The notes below the pieces were generated by a model, which worked only from the letters and a program-made list of their open reading frames with translations, searched no databases and was not told where the DNA came from. The translations under genes and the position numbers were made by a program. From Planctomycetota bacterium (GTDB lineage: Bacteria; Planctomycetota; MHYJ01; WSZJ01), in contig JACPRD010000135.1 of the NCBI GenBank assembly GCA_016190145.1, positions 28,680 to 92,679 on the forward strand: a stretch of DNA of 64,000 nt. The letters run 5' to 3'. Every line of letters starts with the position of its first letter. Within the stretch, counting starts at the first letter, position 1. Shown one piece after another: positions 9,420-19,920 of the stretch.

Positions 9420-11315
9420 ATGTCAAAGCCCCACTCGCACGATCAGCATGGGTCTCCGGAGGAAGATGCTGCACTGGCCCGCGAGCTTCTTGCCGAGGGG
9501 GATCTGCCGCACGCCATGTTCCACTTGGCCGGGGCGCTCGCCAGCGATCCGGCGAATGTTGAGTGGCTGAAGTTGTTCGATGAAATAGCAGGCGCCAGTC
9601 CGGATCCGCCGTCCCTCATTCCCGACAGTGGGGAGGGATTCTGGCACGGTCTTGCAGCATGCCGCTCACGCCTGCTCTACCGCTCAGGTCGACGGCACGA
9701 TGCCATGAGCCTGATGTTTCAGGTGATTGCCGCATTCCCTGCGCAGGATTATCACGTCTGGGCAGAGGAATGGGCGAAGGCGCCGGGTCAACTCCTGGAC
9801 GCACGACCGGTGTTCACGTTCTTCGGCGGCCTTTCCCAGCGATATTCGGGTGGCGTCGCAACGGCCGATGAACGAGCCGAACTGGAGCGGTTGCTTCCCC
9901 TTGTCGACTTGCTTTGCGAGAAACTCCCCAATGACGTTCTGCTGCAGGCTCACCGCGGCACGCTTCATAGAAAGGCGGGCCACCTTGGTGAGGGTGTTGA
10001 GATCACCGGTCGCGCCTACCGGCAGGGTCCTTCCTGGCAAACCGCGGTTCTCGCCGCCGGCTCTGCGAAGGCCAACGGAGACCGCGTCGCCGCACGCGCA
10101 TACTTCGAAAAGGCGCTTGGTCACGATCCCATGAATCTGTCTGCCCACCTCGACCTCGGGGACATGGCCGCGGAAGAAGGCGATTTCGCTGAAGCGCAGA
10201 AGCGATACGGGAAAGTCCTGGCGAGGGAACCGCACCATCCGTGGGCGGAGCCTTCCGCGGCGTACATCCGTTGGGCGACGGACCGTGACGCGACGTCGCT
10301 TGGGAGGCTCCGCGAACTCGCGAGTCAGCCCGGACCTGCGATGGACCGTGCGGTCGCCCTGATGGCGAATGTGCGGAACAGGACGGTCTTCGAGCGTTTC
10401 TTCTTTCCGCAGGAAGCCACGTTCAACTCCCTCATGCAGCTTGTCGACAGCTACCAGAAACAGGAAAAACCAATTCCGCGCGGGATGGTCTTGAACATCG
10501 GAGTGACTGCCTGCGAGCCACCCAGCGTCCGCCTCGCCGTCCGGCGGACGCTTCCCGATTGCAAGCTGAACATGTCCATCTCGAGCGTTCAGTCCCCGGA
10601 TCCCCGCTTGCCTTCTGGCGACGTCGACTTCCTGCTCTGGAAATTTGAGGGGACGGATCCCAGTCCCGCCGTGCCCGAGGTCGAAGGTCCGGCTCGGTCA
10701 GGTTTGGTTCGCATCGCCGCGTCCGAATTCGGGGTTGGCGATTGGAAGAGGTATTCCCGATCGCTGGTAGCGGAGATGCGTCCCAGCGATCCAGTTCCGG
10801 GAGTCCTCGGTTCCATGGTCCATCCACCCGGAGTCCCCGAAGGCTGCACTCACCCCGAATGGATGTGGATCCTCCGTGTCCAGCTTGCGGGCGCCTTCGT
10901 GCTCGCAGCGCTCGATGACGGGTGGAAGGCTTCGCGCCGGCGCAGCGCCCTCCTCTCGTTAGCCCGAGGCCCCCTCGACTGGACCGTTACTGCCGCGGTT
11001 GTCGCGCTGACGGAAGTCGCGCTTGATTGCCCTGAATCAAGGGAAGAGATCCGGGCTGAATTCGTGCGCATGATCGAACGCCCTCCCGAGCCGGGCTGGA
11101 CTTGCTGGATCCCTGCTCTCATCGAAGGTGCTCTCGAGATTCCCGGCCTCTCACCAGAGGAGAGATCGCGGCACCTGGAGGTGCAGCGGCAGCTGGCAGC
11201 GGCAGATCTCGATCTGAATAATCCGGAATACAGGCGCAAGCTGAAGGAGGCAGCGACTCAGCGCCCGGCAAAGCAGGGTTGCTTCGGCGTCCTACTCGCC
11301 CTTCTGGCTCCTTGA
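9420..11315 (+). CDS. TPR-containing hypothetical protein
   Basis: Long ORF with TPR-like helices (ARAYFEKALGHDP..AHLDLGD); more A/T third positions than neighbours; start uncertain. Confidence 0.65.
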   Translation: MSKPHSHDQHGSPEEDAALARELLAEGDLPHAMFHLAGALASDPANVEWLKLFDEIAGASPDPPSLIPDSGEGFWHGLAACRSRLLYRSGRRHDAMSLMFQVIAAFPAQDYHVWAEEWAKAPGQLLDARPVFTFFGGLSQRYSGGVATADERAELERLLPLVDLLCEKLPNDVLLQAHRGTLHRKAGHLGEGVEITGRAYRQGPSWQTAVLAAGSAKANGDRVAARAYFEKALGHDPMNLSAHLDLGDMAAEEGDFAEAQKRYGKVLAREPHHPWAEPSAAYIRWATDRDATSLGRLRELASQPGPAMDRAVALMANVRNRTVFERFFFPQEATFNSLMQLVDSYQKQEKPIPRGMVLNIGVTACEPPSVRLAVRRTLPDCKLNMSISSVQSPDPRLPSGDVDFLLWKFEGTDPSPAVPEVEGPARSGLVRIAASEFGVGDWKRYSRSLVAEMRPSDPVPGVLGSMVHPPGVPEGCTHPEWMWILRVQLAGAFVLAALDDGWKASRRRSALLSLARGPLDWTVTAAVVALTEVALDCPESREEIRAEFVRMIERPPEPGWTCWIPALIEGALEIPGLSPEERSRHLEVQRQLAAADLDLNNPEYRRKLKEAATQRPAKQGCFGVLLALLAP

Positions 11316-11490
11316 GTATTCCGTGATGACCGAGAAGCCATGCCCGAATCAATGGAGAAATGCTCTGGCTGTTCGTGACGCTCACCCACGCCGCAGAGTT
11401 GGCGAGGAGGCTCCGAGGGCAATCGATCGTGGCCGATGAACTCGGGCGATCACTTCTGTTAAGATGAAGCCGAACTTAGAGGAAATCGCC

Positions 11491-11751
11491 ATGAGTTCCT
11501 TCAACATCGATTGCCCGGACGACCTGCTCATCGCGCTCGGCTCGACGCCGCAGCAGTTTGAGCACGAGGCGCGCATGGCCATGGCGGCCAAGCTTTTCGA
11601 GCTGGGGCGGCTTTCCAGCGGGCAGGCGGCGCGGCTGGCCGGGATGGATCGCGCGAATTTTCTCCTGACGCTCTCGCGATTTGGAGTCGCGGCCATCAAT
11701 CTTGAGGGGCGCGACGTCGACGACGAGCTGGCCTACGGCCGCGGTGAGTGA
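11491..11751 (+). CDS. UPF0175 family antitoxin-like protein
   Basis: KLFELGRLSSGQAARLAGMDRANFL; GAGGA RBS. Confidence 0.85.
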   Translation: MSSFNIDCPDDLLIALGSTPQQFEHEARMAMAAKLFELGRLSSGQAARLAGMDRANFLLTLSRFGVAAINLEGRDVDDELAYGRGE

Positions 11752-12244
11752 GCCCGTCGTCGTCAACACGGGGCCGATTGTCGCGCTGAGCTGTTGCGGG
11801 TGTCTTTCGCTGCTGGCATCGCTTCATGCGCCGGCGATCATCCCCGAGGAAGTCAGCCTGGAAATCCGGCGGCTGGCCGCGAAGCCGGGATTCGCGCACC
11901 TCGCTTCAGGAATTCCGGGGCTTGAACTCCGCTAAGGCACCAGGCCTCCGGGTCCGATTCTCTCCGCATGGTTGGATCCCGGTGAAGCATCGGTCATCGA
12001 ACTCGCCACCGAGCTCGGCATCGGCCTGGTCCTCATCGACGAACGCCGCGGGAGGCTGGCCGCCCGTCGCGCGGGGCTGCGAGTCGGCGGAAGCGTCGGT
12101 GTCCTGCTCCGGGCAAAGACGTTGGGGCTCTTGCCCCTGGTCGGACCCAGAATCGAGGAAATGCGCCGGGCCGGCGTCTGGATCTCGAAGGAGTTGCAGT
12201 CGCGAGTGCTGGCGCAGGCCGGAGAAGGGCCGCAAACGCCGTAG
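11744..12244 (+). pseudogene. DUF3368 (PIN-like) toxin interrupted by in-frame TAA 11933-11935
   Basis: VVVNTGPIVAL..IPEEV..ELR-TAA-GTRPP..LDPGEASVIELA..LIDERRGR..GSVGVLLRAK in one frame. Confidence 0.8.
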
Positions 12245-12455
12245 CACAGCCTCGCCCCGCAAGAGACTGCAGCGCGCCGGCGCGGAGTTGCATGTCGACA
12301 ACGCTCAACAGGGACCGGGGGATAGGACGGGATACGGGGCGTCGACACAGGGGCGTCTCGGCGCTTGAATCACTGCCCACTCCGACAATAGAGTATGCGG
12401 CCAATCGGAGACACAGCCTCCGATTCCCGAGGTCCACTTCCCGAAGGAGCACACC

Positions 12456-13247
12456 ATGCCCGCAAAGACCAAATCCGCGCCGGCCGCGAAGTCGAAGAAA
12501 GCCCCCGCAACGCGCTTGTCGCTGGCCGAGGTAATGGCCACCCTCGAAAAGGCAGGTTCCGAGCAGACGCGGAAGACGTACGCTCGCCACGGCGCCCCGG
12601 AGCCGATGTTCGGCGTGAGCTTCGCGACGCTCAAGACGCTCTACAAGCGCATCGGCGTCGATCACGAGCTGGCGCTGGCCCTCTGGGAAACGGGCAACTT
12701 CGACGCGCGCAACCTGGCGGTGAAGGTCGTCGACCCGGCGCGGATGTCCCCCGCCGACCTCGACCGGTGGGCGAAGGCCCCGACGGCGCGCATGTGCCAC
12801 GGCTACGTCGCCGCCATCGCGTCGGAAGGCCCTCACGCGCGCGCGAAAGCCGACGCGTGGCTCGCCTCGCCGGACGAAGGCCTCCGGAGCGCAGGCTGGC
12901 TCCTGGTCGCCGCGATGGCCAACCGCGACGAATCCACGCCGGATTCCTGGTTCACCGGCCGGCTCGCCGAGATCGAGAAGTCGATCCGCACCGCCCCGAA
13001 CGAGCCGAAGGCGGCGATGAACCAGGCCGTCATCGGCATCGGCTTCCGGAATGCTTCCCTGCGGAAGGCCGCGACCGCTGCCGCGAAACGGATCGGTCCC
13101 GTGGAAGTCGACCACGGCGACACCGCCTGCAAGACCCCGGACGCCGCGGCGTACATCGACAAGGCCTGGGTCCATTCCCTGTCGAAGAAGTTCGAGAGCC
13201 CCGCGGCGCACGAGCGGACGCGCGAGTCCATGCGGACCCGCTGTTGA
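12456..13247 (+). CDS. AlkD-like DNA alkylation repair protein
   Basis: TRKTYARHG..FGVSFATLK..ELALALWETGNFDARNLA..VEVDHGDTACKTPDA. Confidence 0.8.
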   Translation: MPAKTKSAPAAKSKKAPATRLSLAEVMATLEKAGSEQTRKTYARHGAPEPMFGVSFATLKTLYKRIGVDHELALALWETGNFDARNLAVKVVDPARMSPADLDRWAKAPTARMCHGYVAAIASEGPHARAKADAWLASPDEGLRSAGWLLVAAMANRDESTPDSWFTGRLAEIEKSIRTAPNEPKAAMNQAVIGIGFRNASLRKAATAAAKRIGPVEVDHGDTACKTPDAAAYIDKAWVHSLSKKFESPAAHERTRESMRTRC

Positions 13248-13262
13248 GAGAGGCTGTCCGCG

Positions 13263-14732
13263 TCACCTCGGTCCGGGCGTGCTCCCGCCGCCCGCCGGAC
13301 TGGGTCCGCCCCGCCTGGTGTCCGCCGGCGCCCTCGCCGTCCAGATCGTCGCCGTGCCACCCCCCGCTTCGGCGAGAGCCTCGTGCAGCTTGCGGCTGTT
13401 GAAGATCCGGAACCAGGAATTGACGGTGACGCCTTCGCCCTGGTGCAGGAGCTTTCCGTAGAACACGAGGGCCTCGTCGTCGTTGGAGTTGCCGTTCGCG
13501 TAAAGATTGATCGTCTTCTTCGGAATGCGGCTCCAGTTGAAGTACATCGCGACGAGGAACGCGCGGTCGATCGCGGCGCCGCTCGACTCCGCGCCGGTGT
13601 GGTCGCTGGCCTTGTTGAACCAGCGGCGCGCCTTCTTCATGTCGTAAGAAAGCAGCATCTGGCGCGTCGTGAAGGCATTGCCGAAGTCGCGGTAGAGCAC
13701 GAATCCCACGCGCTTGTCCGTGGTCTCGTCCTCCTTCGTCCAGACGTTCTCCATGTCGCCGCGCACGGCGCGCTCCGCGTCCGTCATCGAAAACGTGTCG
13801 TCCACGATGTAGACAGTCTCGCTCCCGCTCTCGTCGCTCTCGAACGCCGGAGGGGAAGGGGTTTCGGCGGAAGTGCCCGCGGCCGGCGCCGCGGGGCGCG
13901 GCGCCTGCGCGAGCTTGAGCGCGCGCGCCGCGAACCGCGCGACGATCGGCTCCTTGTCGCCCGCCGCTCTCCGGAGCGCCGCGATCGCCGGCGCCCCCCC
14001 GAATCGGCCGAGCGAGATGATCGATTCGATCCGCACGTCGAGATCCTCGTCCTTCGCGGTCCTGAGAAGCGCGTCTACCGCCCGCACATCCCCCGCTTCC
14101 CCGAGCGCGCGCGCCGCCGTGCTGCGAACCTGCCAGTCGCCGTCGCCGAGCGCCGCGAGAAGCGCGTCGACGGCTTTCGGGGTCCGCAGCTCCCCTAGCG
14201 CGATCGCCGCGGCCACCTGCGCCATCGCGTCGTCGATCCGGTTGTTGTCGGGATTCAGGATCGGCGAATTCGCGGGATGCGCGCGGTCGAATCCCTTCTT
14301 CAGCGCGTGCGCCAGCGCCTCCTCCGCCGCCGCATTCCCCAGCTTCCGCACGATCGCCACCGCCCGCTTCCGGTACGCCGGCGGCAGGGCCGAGAGCGCG
14401 AGGCGCGCCGCGCAGAGGCCGGCGCTCGAGTTTTCGTGCGCAATGAGGATCTCGATCGCGCGCAGGCGGACCTCCGGATGGCCGTCGGCGCAGGCGATCA
14501 CGACGAGGTCGTTGTCGGCGTCGGGGTCCTGGAGCTTGTCGTAGGCGTCAAGCGCGCGGATGCGCGCCTCTTCATCGGCGACCTGGTAGGGCCGGCGGAC
14601 TTCGAGGATCCGTTTTTCCTGCGCGGGGGGCATCTTCGCAGGGAATTCCGGGAAGCGCGCCGGGAGATTGCGGCCGGCCAAGGCGGGAAGTGCCAGAACG
14701 AGGAAGAGGAGGAGGGGCCGCAGGCTTGTCAT
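13263..14732 (-). CDS. Secreted HEAT-repeat protein with vWA-like C-terminal domain
   Basis: Signal peptide; VRSTAARALGEAGD repeats; YIVDDTFSM (MIDAS-like), VGFVLYRD. Confidence 0.7.
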   Translation of the reverse strand: MTSLRPLLLFLVLALPALAGRNLPARFPEFPAKMPPAQEKRILEVRRPYQVADEEARIRALDAYDKLQDPDADNDLVVIACADGHPEVRLRAIEILIAHENSSAGLCAARLALSALPPAYRKRAVAIVRKLGNAAAEEALAHALKKGFDRAHPANSPILNPDNNRIDDAMAQVAAAIALGELRTPKAVDALLAALGDGDWQVRSTAARALGEAGDVRAVDALLRTAKDEDLDVRIESIISLGRFGGAPAIAALRRAAGDKEPIVARFAARALKLAQAPRPAAPAAGTSAETPSPPAFESDESGSETVYIVDDTFSMTDAERAVRGDMENVWTKEDETTDKRVGFVLYRDFGNAFTTRQMLLSYDMKKARRWFNKASDHTGAESSGAAIDRAFLVAMYFNWSRIPKKTINLYANGNSNDDEALVFYGKLLHQGEGVTVNSWFRIFNSRKLHEALAEAGGGTATIWTARAPADTRRGGPSPAGGGSTPGPR

Positions 14733-14895
14733 GATTCTTGACACTCCCGGTAAACATTCGATTCAGCGAACGCTCAGGACCGCCTTTCAGGCCGGTACGC
14801 GGAGCTGAATTGCAATCGACGTGCCGAGCGCCACGGGAATCCGGCGAAGTAAGACCGCCCATGATGCCGCGAAAGAACGATCCGAAAACTCGCGC

Positions 14896-14924
14896 TTGAT
14901 CCATCATCGAGGATGCCTTAGCCT
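14896..14924 (+). promoter_or_regulatory. Sigma70-type promoter for vapBC, leaderless spacing
   Basis: TTGATC-N17-TAGCCT, 7 nt before ATG 14932. Confidence 0.5.
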
Positions 14925-14931
14925 GATACAC

Positions 14932-15159
14932 ATGAAACGCACAAATCTTGTGCTTAGCGAGGATCTGCTGGAAGAAGCAACCCGCCTTTCCGGAGAGAAG
15001 ACCTATTCGGGCGCGGTCAATATGGCGCTTCGGGAGTTCATCCGGCGCATTCGGGCGCGGCGCATCCTGTCGCTTCAGGGATCCGGGCTCTGGCAAGGCG
15101 ATCTTCCGGCCATGCGATCGGACCGTCCGCGCCGGCGTTCGACGCAGGCGGGCCGGTGA
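14932..15159 (+). CDS. vapB: VapB antitoxin (RHH type)
   Basis: MKRTNLVLSEDLLEEA..AVNMALREFIRR..WQGDL..MRSDR; overlaps toxin start. Confidence 0.85.
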   Translation: MKRTNLVLSEDLLEEATRLSGEKTYSGAVNMALREFIRRIRARRILSLQGSGLWQGDLPAMRSDRPRRRSTQAGR

Positions 15160-15545
15160 TCCTCGTCGACACTTCCGTCTGGATCGAGACTCTGCGGGCG
15201 CGCAATCCGCTCTCGATCGAGTCGGTCCTGGATTTCGATGAAATTGTCACCTGCCTTCCCGTCGTTCAGGAGGTCCTGCAGGGCTTTCGGGACGAAAGTG
15301 CCTTCCGGGTGGCCCGGGATTCTTTCCTGGCTCTGCCCATCGTCGAGTCGCCCATTACGGTCGGGTTGGTCGAGGAGGCCGTGGGCCTCTTTCGGGCCGC
15401 CCGCCGGCAGGGGCTGACCGTCCGATCCTCCGTGGACTGCCTCATCGCCGCATGCGCGCTGCGCCATCAGCTGACCGTGTTCCATCGCGACCGGGATTTC
15501 CCGCTCCTGGCGCGAGTGTCCCCCTTGCAGCAGCGGAGCCTCTGA
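15156..15545 (+). CDS. vapC: VapC PIN toxin
   Basis: MILVDTSVWI, QEVLQG, VDCLIAACA, HRDRDF. Confidence 0.9.
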   Translation: MILVDTSVWIETLRARNPLSIESVLDFDEIVTCLPVVQEVLQGFRDESAFRVARDSFLALPIVESPITVGLVEEAVGLFRAARRQGLTVRSSVDCLIAACALRHQLTVFHRDRDFPLLARVSPLQQRSL

Positions 15546-15614
15546 AACCAAAGTGGCAGCCGGAGACATGCGCGGCGGGGCAACGGGCCGCAATATCCTT
15601 AGAATGTCTCCCGT

Positions 15615-16988
15615 ATGCCTTCCACCGACCGGTCTGCCGCGGCTGCCGAACTCCGAAACCTGCTGGTCGTGCAGGACGACCCGGACGTCCGCGCGGCGTG
15701 GGCTTCCGCGCTGAAGTCTGCGGGCTTCGCGCCACGCATGATGGATTCCGTCGAAGGACTGTGGAAGGCGCTCGCCGAAGGTCGCGACTGGTGCGGGCTC
15801 GTGGTGGACCTCGGTTTCCTTGACTGGAAGGACACGGAGTTCCTCGACCGGCTGCGCGCGGCGGGGCACGTTCTCCCCACGCTCCTGACCGCCTGGGACC
15901 CGGAACTCACGAAATCCAAGTCCGTGATCGCCTACCCGCAGCTCACATTCCGGCAGGCGCCTCTTCATCCGCGCGATCTCATCGCGGCGGTCCGCGCGCT
16001 CCCGGCCCCGAACGGCGCTCCCGCGAAATCGGGGACGCGGAAGACCTCGCGCCGGGCGGAGGGGCCCGCGGCGAGGGCGCCGGGGCGCGCGGCGGCGAAG
16101 GCCCCCGACCCGCTGGTGGCGCAGGTGGTGGCGCTCGAGGCCCGGGCGGCCGCTGCCGAGGCGCGCGCGAGGGAGGCGGAGGCGCGGGCGGAAGCGGCTG
16201 AGGCGCGGGCGGAGGCGGCGGAGGCGATGCGGGACGAGAGCCGGGGGCTTGAGATGGAGCGGGCGCGCGAGATCCAGGCGCGGCTCCTGCCGGAGAAGAT
16301 GCCGAGCCCGGTCGGCTTCGAGATTGCGGCGCAGTATCTGCCCGCGGCGCTGGTGGGCGGCGACTACTACGACGTCCTCGAGCTGCCGGACCGGCGCGTG
16401 GCGATGCTCGTGGCCGACGTTTCGGGCAAAGGGATCAGCTCGGCGATGGTCATGGTGATGGTGCGCACGGTGTTCCACGCGGTGGCGCCATCCGCGCGCA
16501 ACGCGAAGGCGCTGGTCGTGGAGGCCGCCCGGCGGATCTCGCGCGTGCTTCCCGGCGGCGTCTTCGTGTCGCTCGCCGTGGCGATCCTCGACCCGAACAC
16601 CGGCGAGATCTCCGTCGTGAACGCGGGGCACCTCCCGCCCAAGCACTGGTCCGTCCTGGACGGCCTGCCGATCGTGTCGGACCTCGCCGTCTCCGGGGGC
16701 GCGATCGGGCTCGTCAAGGGTCCGAATTTCGAGCGGGCGCTGCACGACTTCACCATCATGCTTCAGCAGGACGAGCAGCTCGTCCTCTACACGGACGGCG
16801 TGAACGAGGCGATGGACGAAAAAAACGACGAGTTCGGAGATCGGAACCTGCGCGTGGCGATCCGGAAGAACGGCGGGTCGAGCGCGGAGGAAATGGCGCT
16901 GGGAATCCTGGACAGCGTGCTGTACCACCGTGGCGACGCGCCGGCGAGCGACGACCTCACGATCCTCGTGGTGCGGCGGATCTGGTGA
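15615..16988 (+). CDS. Degenerate receiver, linker and SpoIIE/PP2C phosphatase
   Basis: VGGDYYD, VADVSGKG, NAGH, LYTDGVNEA, DDLTILVV. Confidence 0.88.
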   Translation: MPSTDRSAAAAELRNLLVVQDDPDVRAAWASALKSAGFAPRMMDSVEGLWKALAEGRDWCGLVVDLGFLDWKDTEFLDRLRAAGHVLPTLLTAWDPELTKSKSVIAYPQLTFRQAPLHPRDLIAAVRALPAPNGAPAKSGTRKTSRRAEGPAARAPGRAAAKAPDPLVAQVVALEARAAAAEARAREAEARAEAAEARAEAAEAMRDESRGLEMERAREIQARLLPEKMPSPVGFEIAAQYLPAALVGGDYYDVLELPDRRVAMLVADVSGKGISSAMVMVMVRTVFHAVAPSARNAKALVVEAARRISRVLPGGVFVSLAVAILDPNTGEISVVNAGHLPPKHWSVLDGLPIVSDLAVSGGAIGLVKGPNFERALHDFTIMLQQDEQLVLYTDGVNEAMDEKNDEFGDRNLRVAIRKNGGSSAEEMALGILDSVLYHRGDAPASDDLTILVVRRIW

Positions 16989-17007
16989 CCCTGCGGGAGG
17001 CCCGTGA

Positions 17008-19920
17008 ATGGCGGCGATCCAGGAAATCAGCTTCGGACTGCTCGCGCTCGACCGCGGCAAGTGCAGCCGCGGCCAGCTCGTGCAGGCTTTCGTCGACTGG
17101 CTGAACGAACGCGACCGCGCCCGCCTCGTGCCCGAAACCCGGGTCGCCGGCCTGGCCGCGCACCTCGCACGCGTCGCGGAACTCCCGGACGCCACGCGGC
17201 ACGAGCTCGAAGCCATCGTCTCCACCGGCGATTCCTGCCCCCCGATCGACGCCGTCACGCGCGCCACCCTGATCGGCCTCCACCCGCCACGCGAAATCGC
17301 CGACTGGCTCCTCGCGTACGAGGGCGGCGCCGGGCCCGAAACCTCGTTCGAGCCGGCGCCTCCGGGAAAACGGTACGAGCTCGGAAGCGAGATCGCGCGC
17401 GGGGGACTCGGGCGCGTCCTCGAGGCCCGCGACCGGGACCTCGACCGCGACATCGCCGTCAAAGTCCTCCTCGAAGGCGCTTCCCGCGAAGTCGTCGAAC
17501 GGTTCGTGCGCGAAGCGCGGATCACGGCGCGGCTGGACCATCCGAACATCGTGCCGGTGCACGATTTCGGCGTGACGGCGGGGGGGCGGAGGTTATTCCT
17601 GTGCATGAAGCGCGTGCAGGGGCGGGATCTGGCGTCGATCCTGCGCGCGATGGCGGGAGGGGACCGGGAGGTCGAGCGAGGCTGGTCGCGCGCGCGCCTG
17701 CTGGGAGTTTTTCAGGGGGTGTGCCAGGGGATGGCGTACGCGCACTCGCAGGGGGTGATTCACCGGGACCTGAAGCCCGCGAACGTGATGATCGGAGACT
17801 ACGGGGAGACGTACGTGGTGGACTGGGGGCTCGCGAAACGGCTCGGGGAGGAGGAGCCGACGCGGGGGGGCGGGCCGCGAAGCCCGCGCGGGTGGGAGGG
17901 CGGCGACACGACGTCGCTGACGCTGGTCGGGCAGGTGATCGGGACTCCGGCGTACATGTCCCCCGAACAGGCGGAGGGCGACCTGGACGCGGTCGACACG
18001 CTGAGCGACCTCTACTCGCTCGGCGCGATTCTCTACGCGATCCTGACGTGGCACACGCCGTTCAAGGCGGGCGGAAGCCGGTCGGTGCTGGCGCTCGTGA
18101 AGGCCGGAGAATTCCGCCCACCCTCGGAAGCCGTGGCCGCGCTGCGCGCACAGGGGGCCCCGGCGCCCGATCCGGTCCCGCCCGGACTGGAGGCCATCTG
18201 CCTGAAGGCCATGGCCCGCTCGAAGAAGGACCGGTATGCGTCGGCGTCGGACCTTCACGACGAACTCCAGCAGTTCCTCGAGGGCGTGAAGGACCGGGAG
18301 AAGCGAACTCGCGAGGCGATCGAGCGGGCGGCGGAGGGGCGGGGGGAACTGGAGCGATACCGGGCGCTGGTGAAGGAGGAGACGGAAACGGCGCCCAGAC
18401 TGCAGGACCGCCTGCTGCGGTACGACGTCGCCGAGGAAGAAAAGAAAGTCTCGTGGACGATGGAGGCGCGGCTGGAGGCGATCGAGGAGGAACGGGTGGA
18501 CGTGTGGGCGCGTGCCTCGCTCGCCTTCGGCCGCGCGCTCGCGGCGGACCCCGACTGCCCCGAGGCCCTGGACGGGCGGTGCGAACTGATCCTGGAGCGG
18601 CTCTACGAGGCGGAAAGGAAGCGGAACCGGCAGGAGGAGATGATCCAGCGCCACGCGCTCGCCCAGGCGGACCGGGACGGCCGGCACGTCCGGCGGCTGG
18701 AAGAGCCGGGGCGGTTGACGGTCCGGACGCTCGCGTTCGACTGCAGCTGCCTGGCTCCCGTCGCGACCCCGGGCTGGAACGTCGAGTTCGATCTGGAGCG
18801 GCTCGTGCCGTTCCGCGCCGGACGGCCGCGGCCGGACGCCGCGCTGCAGGATTCGGACATGCCGGTGCCGGTCATCCGGACGAGGGGCGGTCGCTGGGGG
18901 CACGGGCAGGGGTGCGTCCGGCGCGACGTGCGCGGCGTCGAGGTCCTCCTCGCAAAGTACGAGGAAGTCGGGCGCCGCCTCGTGCCTGTCCGCGAATCGT
19001 CCGCGGGCGTCACGCCGATCGAGAACCTGGTGCTTCCCCCGGGCTCGTGGCGCGTCCTCCTCCGCCCCCCTGCGGAATCGGGACTCGCACCGGTCGCGGT
19101 GCCCGTCGACATGGCACGGGGCGGATCGCGGATCGAGGAGGTGACTCTCTACGCGAACGGCCACATCCCCCCGGGATTCGCCCAGGTCCCCGGCGGCCCC
19201 TTCATCTACGGCGGCGAGCACGCCGGCGGAAACCGCGAGCGGCTCGAGACCACCGAAGACCTCTTCGTCTCCCGATTCGCCACCACCGCGGGCGAGTACA
19301 TCCTCTTCCTTAATGACCTCTGCGCGGGCGGGCGAAGCGAGGAGGCCGCCGCGCGCCAGCCGCGCGACTCGTCGGGGCCGCTCTGGATCTCCGAGGGCGC
19401 CGGCGCCGGCACGCGCTTCAGCCTCCCCGAACCCCCGGTCCCCTCCTGGGGCCGCGCCTGGGAACCGTCATGGCCGGTCTTCTGCGTTTCGTGGGCGGAC
19501 GCGCTCGCCTACGCCGCGTGGCGCTCGCGCCGGGACGGCCGCATCTACCGGCTCGCGCACGAGTGCGAATACGAGAAATTCACCCGGGGCGTGGACGCGC
19601 GGATATTCCCCTTCGGCAACCGCTTCGATCGCTCGTTCGCCCACACGGGGATCAGCGAGTCGGGGATCGCCTCCCCCCGGCCGGTGGGGCATTACCCGAT
19701 CGACGAATCTCCCTACGGCGTGCGCGACACGGCCGGCTGCATCACCGCCTGGTGCCAGTGCGCCGGCTACGGGCCGTTCCGCCGGAGCCGCGCGATCCGG
19801 GGAGGTTCCTGGAGCTTCGGCTGGCAGCGCTGCCGCGTCGCCACGAGAGGCGGGACGGGCAACGGCTCGGTGTCGAACACCATCGGCTTCCGGCTCGTCG
19901 CGTCGCCCGTGGAAGGGTGA
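17008..19920 (+). CDS. Hanks-type Ser/Thr kinase with C-terminal FGE-sulfatase-like domain
   Basis: GGLGRV, IAVK, HRDLKPAN, VDWGLAK, GTPAYMSPEQ; VSWADALAYAAW, ESPYGVRD, RGGSW, IGFRL. Confidence 0.9.
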   Translation: MAAIQEISFGLLALDRGKCSRGQLVQAFVDWLNERDRARLVPETRVAGLAAHLARVAELPDATRHELEAIVSTGDSCPPIDAVTRATLIGLHPPREIADWLLAYEGGAGPETSFEPAPPGKRYELGSEIARGGLGRVLEARDRDLDRDIAVKVLLEGASREVVERFVREARITARLDHPNIVPVHDFGVTAGGRRLFLCMKRVQGRDLASILRAMAGGDREVERGWSRARLLGVFQGVCQGMAYAHSQGVIHRDLKPANVMIGDYGETYVVDWGLAKRLGEEEPTRGGGPRSPRGWEGGDTTSLTLVGQVIGTPAYMSPEQAEGDLDAVDTLSDLYSLGAILYAILTWHTPFKAGGSRSVLALVKAGEFRPPSEAVAALRAQGAPAPDPVPPGLEAICLKAMARSKKDRYASASDLHDELQQFLEGVKDREKRTREAIERAAEGRGELERYRALVKEETETAPRLQDRLLRYDVAEEEKKVSWTMEARLEAIEEERVDVWARASLAFGRALAADPDCPEALDGRCELILERLYEAERKRNRQEEMIQRHALAQADRDGRHVRRLEEPGRLTVRTLAFDCSCLAPVATPGWNVEFDLERLVPFRAGRPRPDAALQDSDMPVPVIRTRGGRWGHGQGCVRRDVRGVEVLLAKYEEVGRRLVPVRESSAGVTPIENLVLPPGSWRVLLRPPAESGLAPVAVPVDMARGGSRIEEVTLYANGHIPPGFAQVPGGPFIYGGEHAGGNRERLETTEDLFVSRFATTAGEYILFLNDLCAGGRSEEAAARQPRDSSGPLWISEGAGAGTRFSLPEPPVPSWGRAWEPSWPVFCVSWADALAYAAWRSRRDGRIYRLAHECEYEKFTRGVDARIFPFGNRFDRSFAHTGISESGIASPRPVGHYPIDESPYGVRDTAGCITAWCQCAGYGPFRRSRAIRGGSWSFGWQRCRVATRGGTGNGSVSNTIGFRLVASPVEG

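Noticed and set aside
11933-11935. Recoded stop in DUF3368
   Set aside because: It is TAA at a non-catalytic position, so not Sec or Pyl
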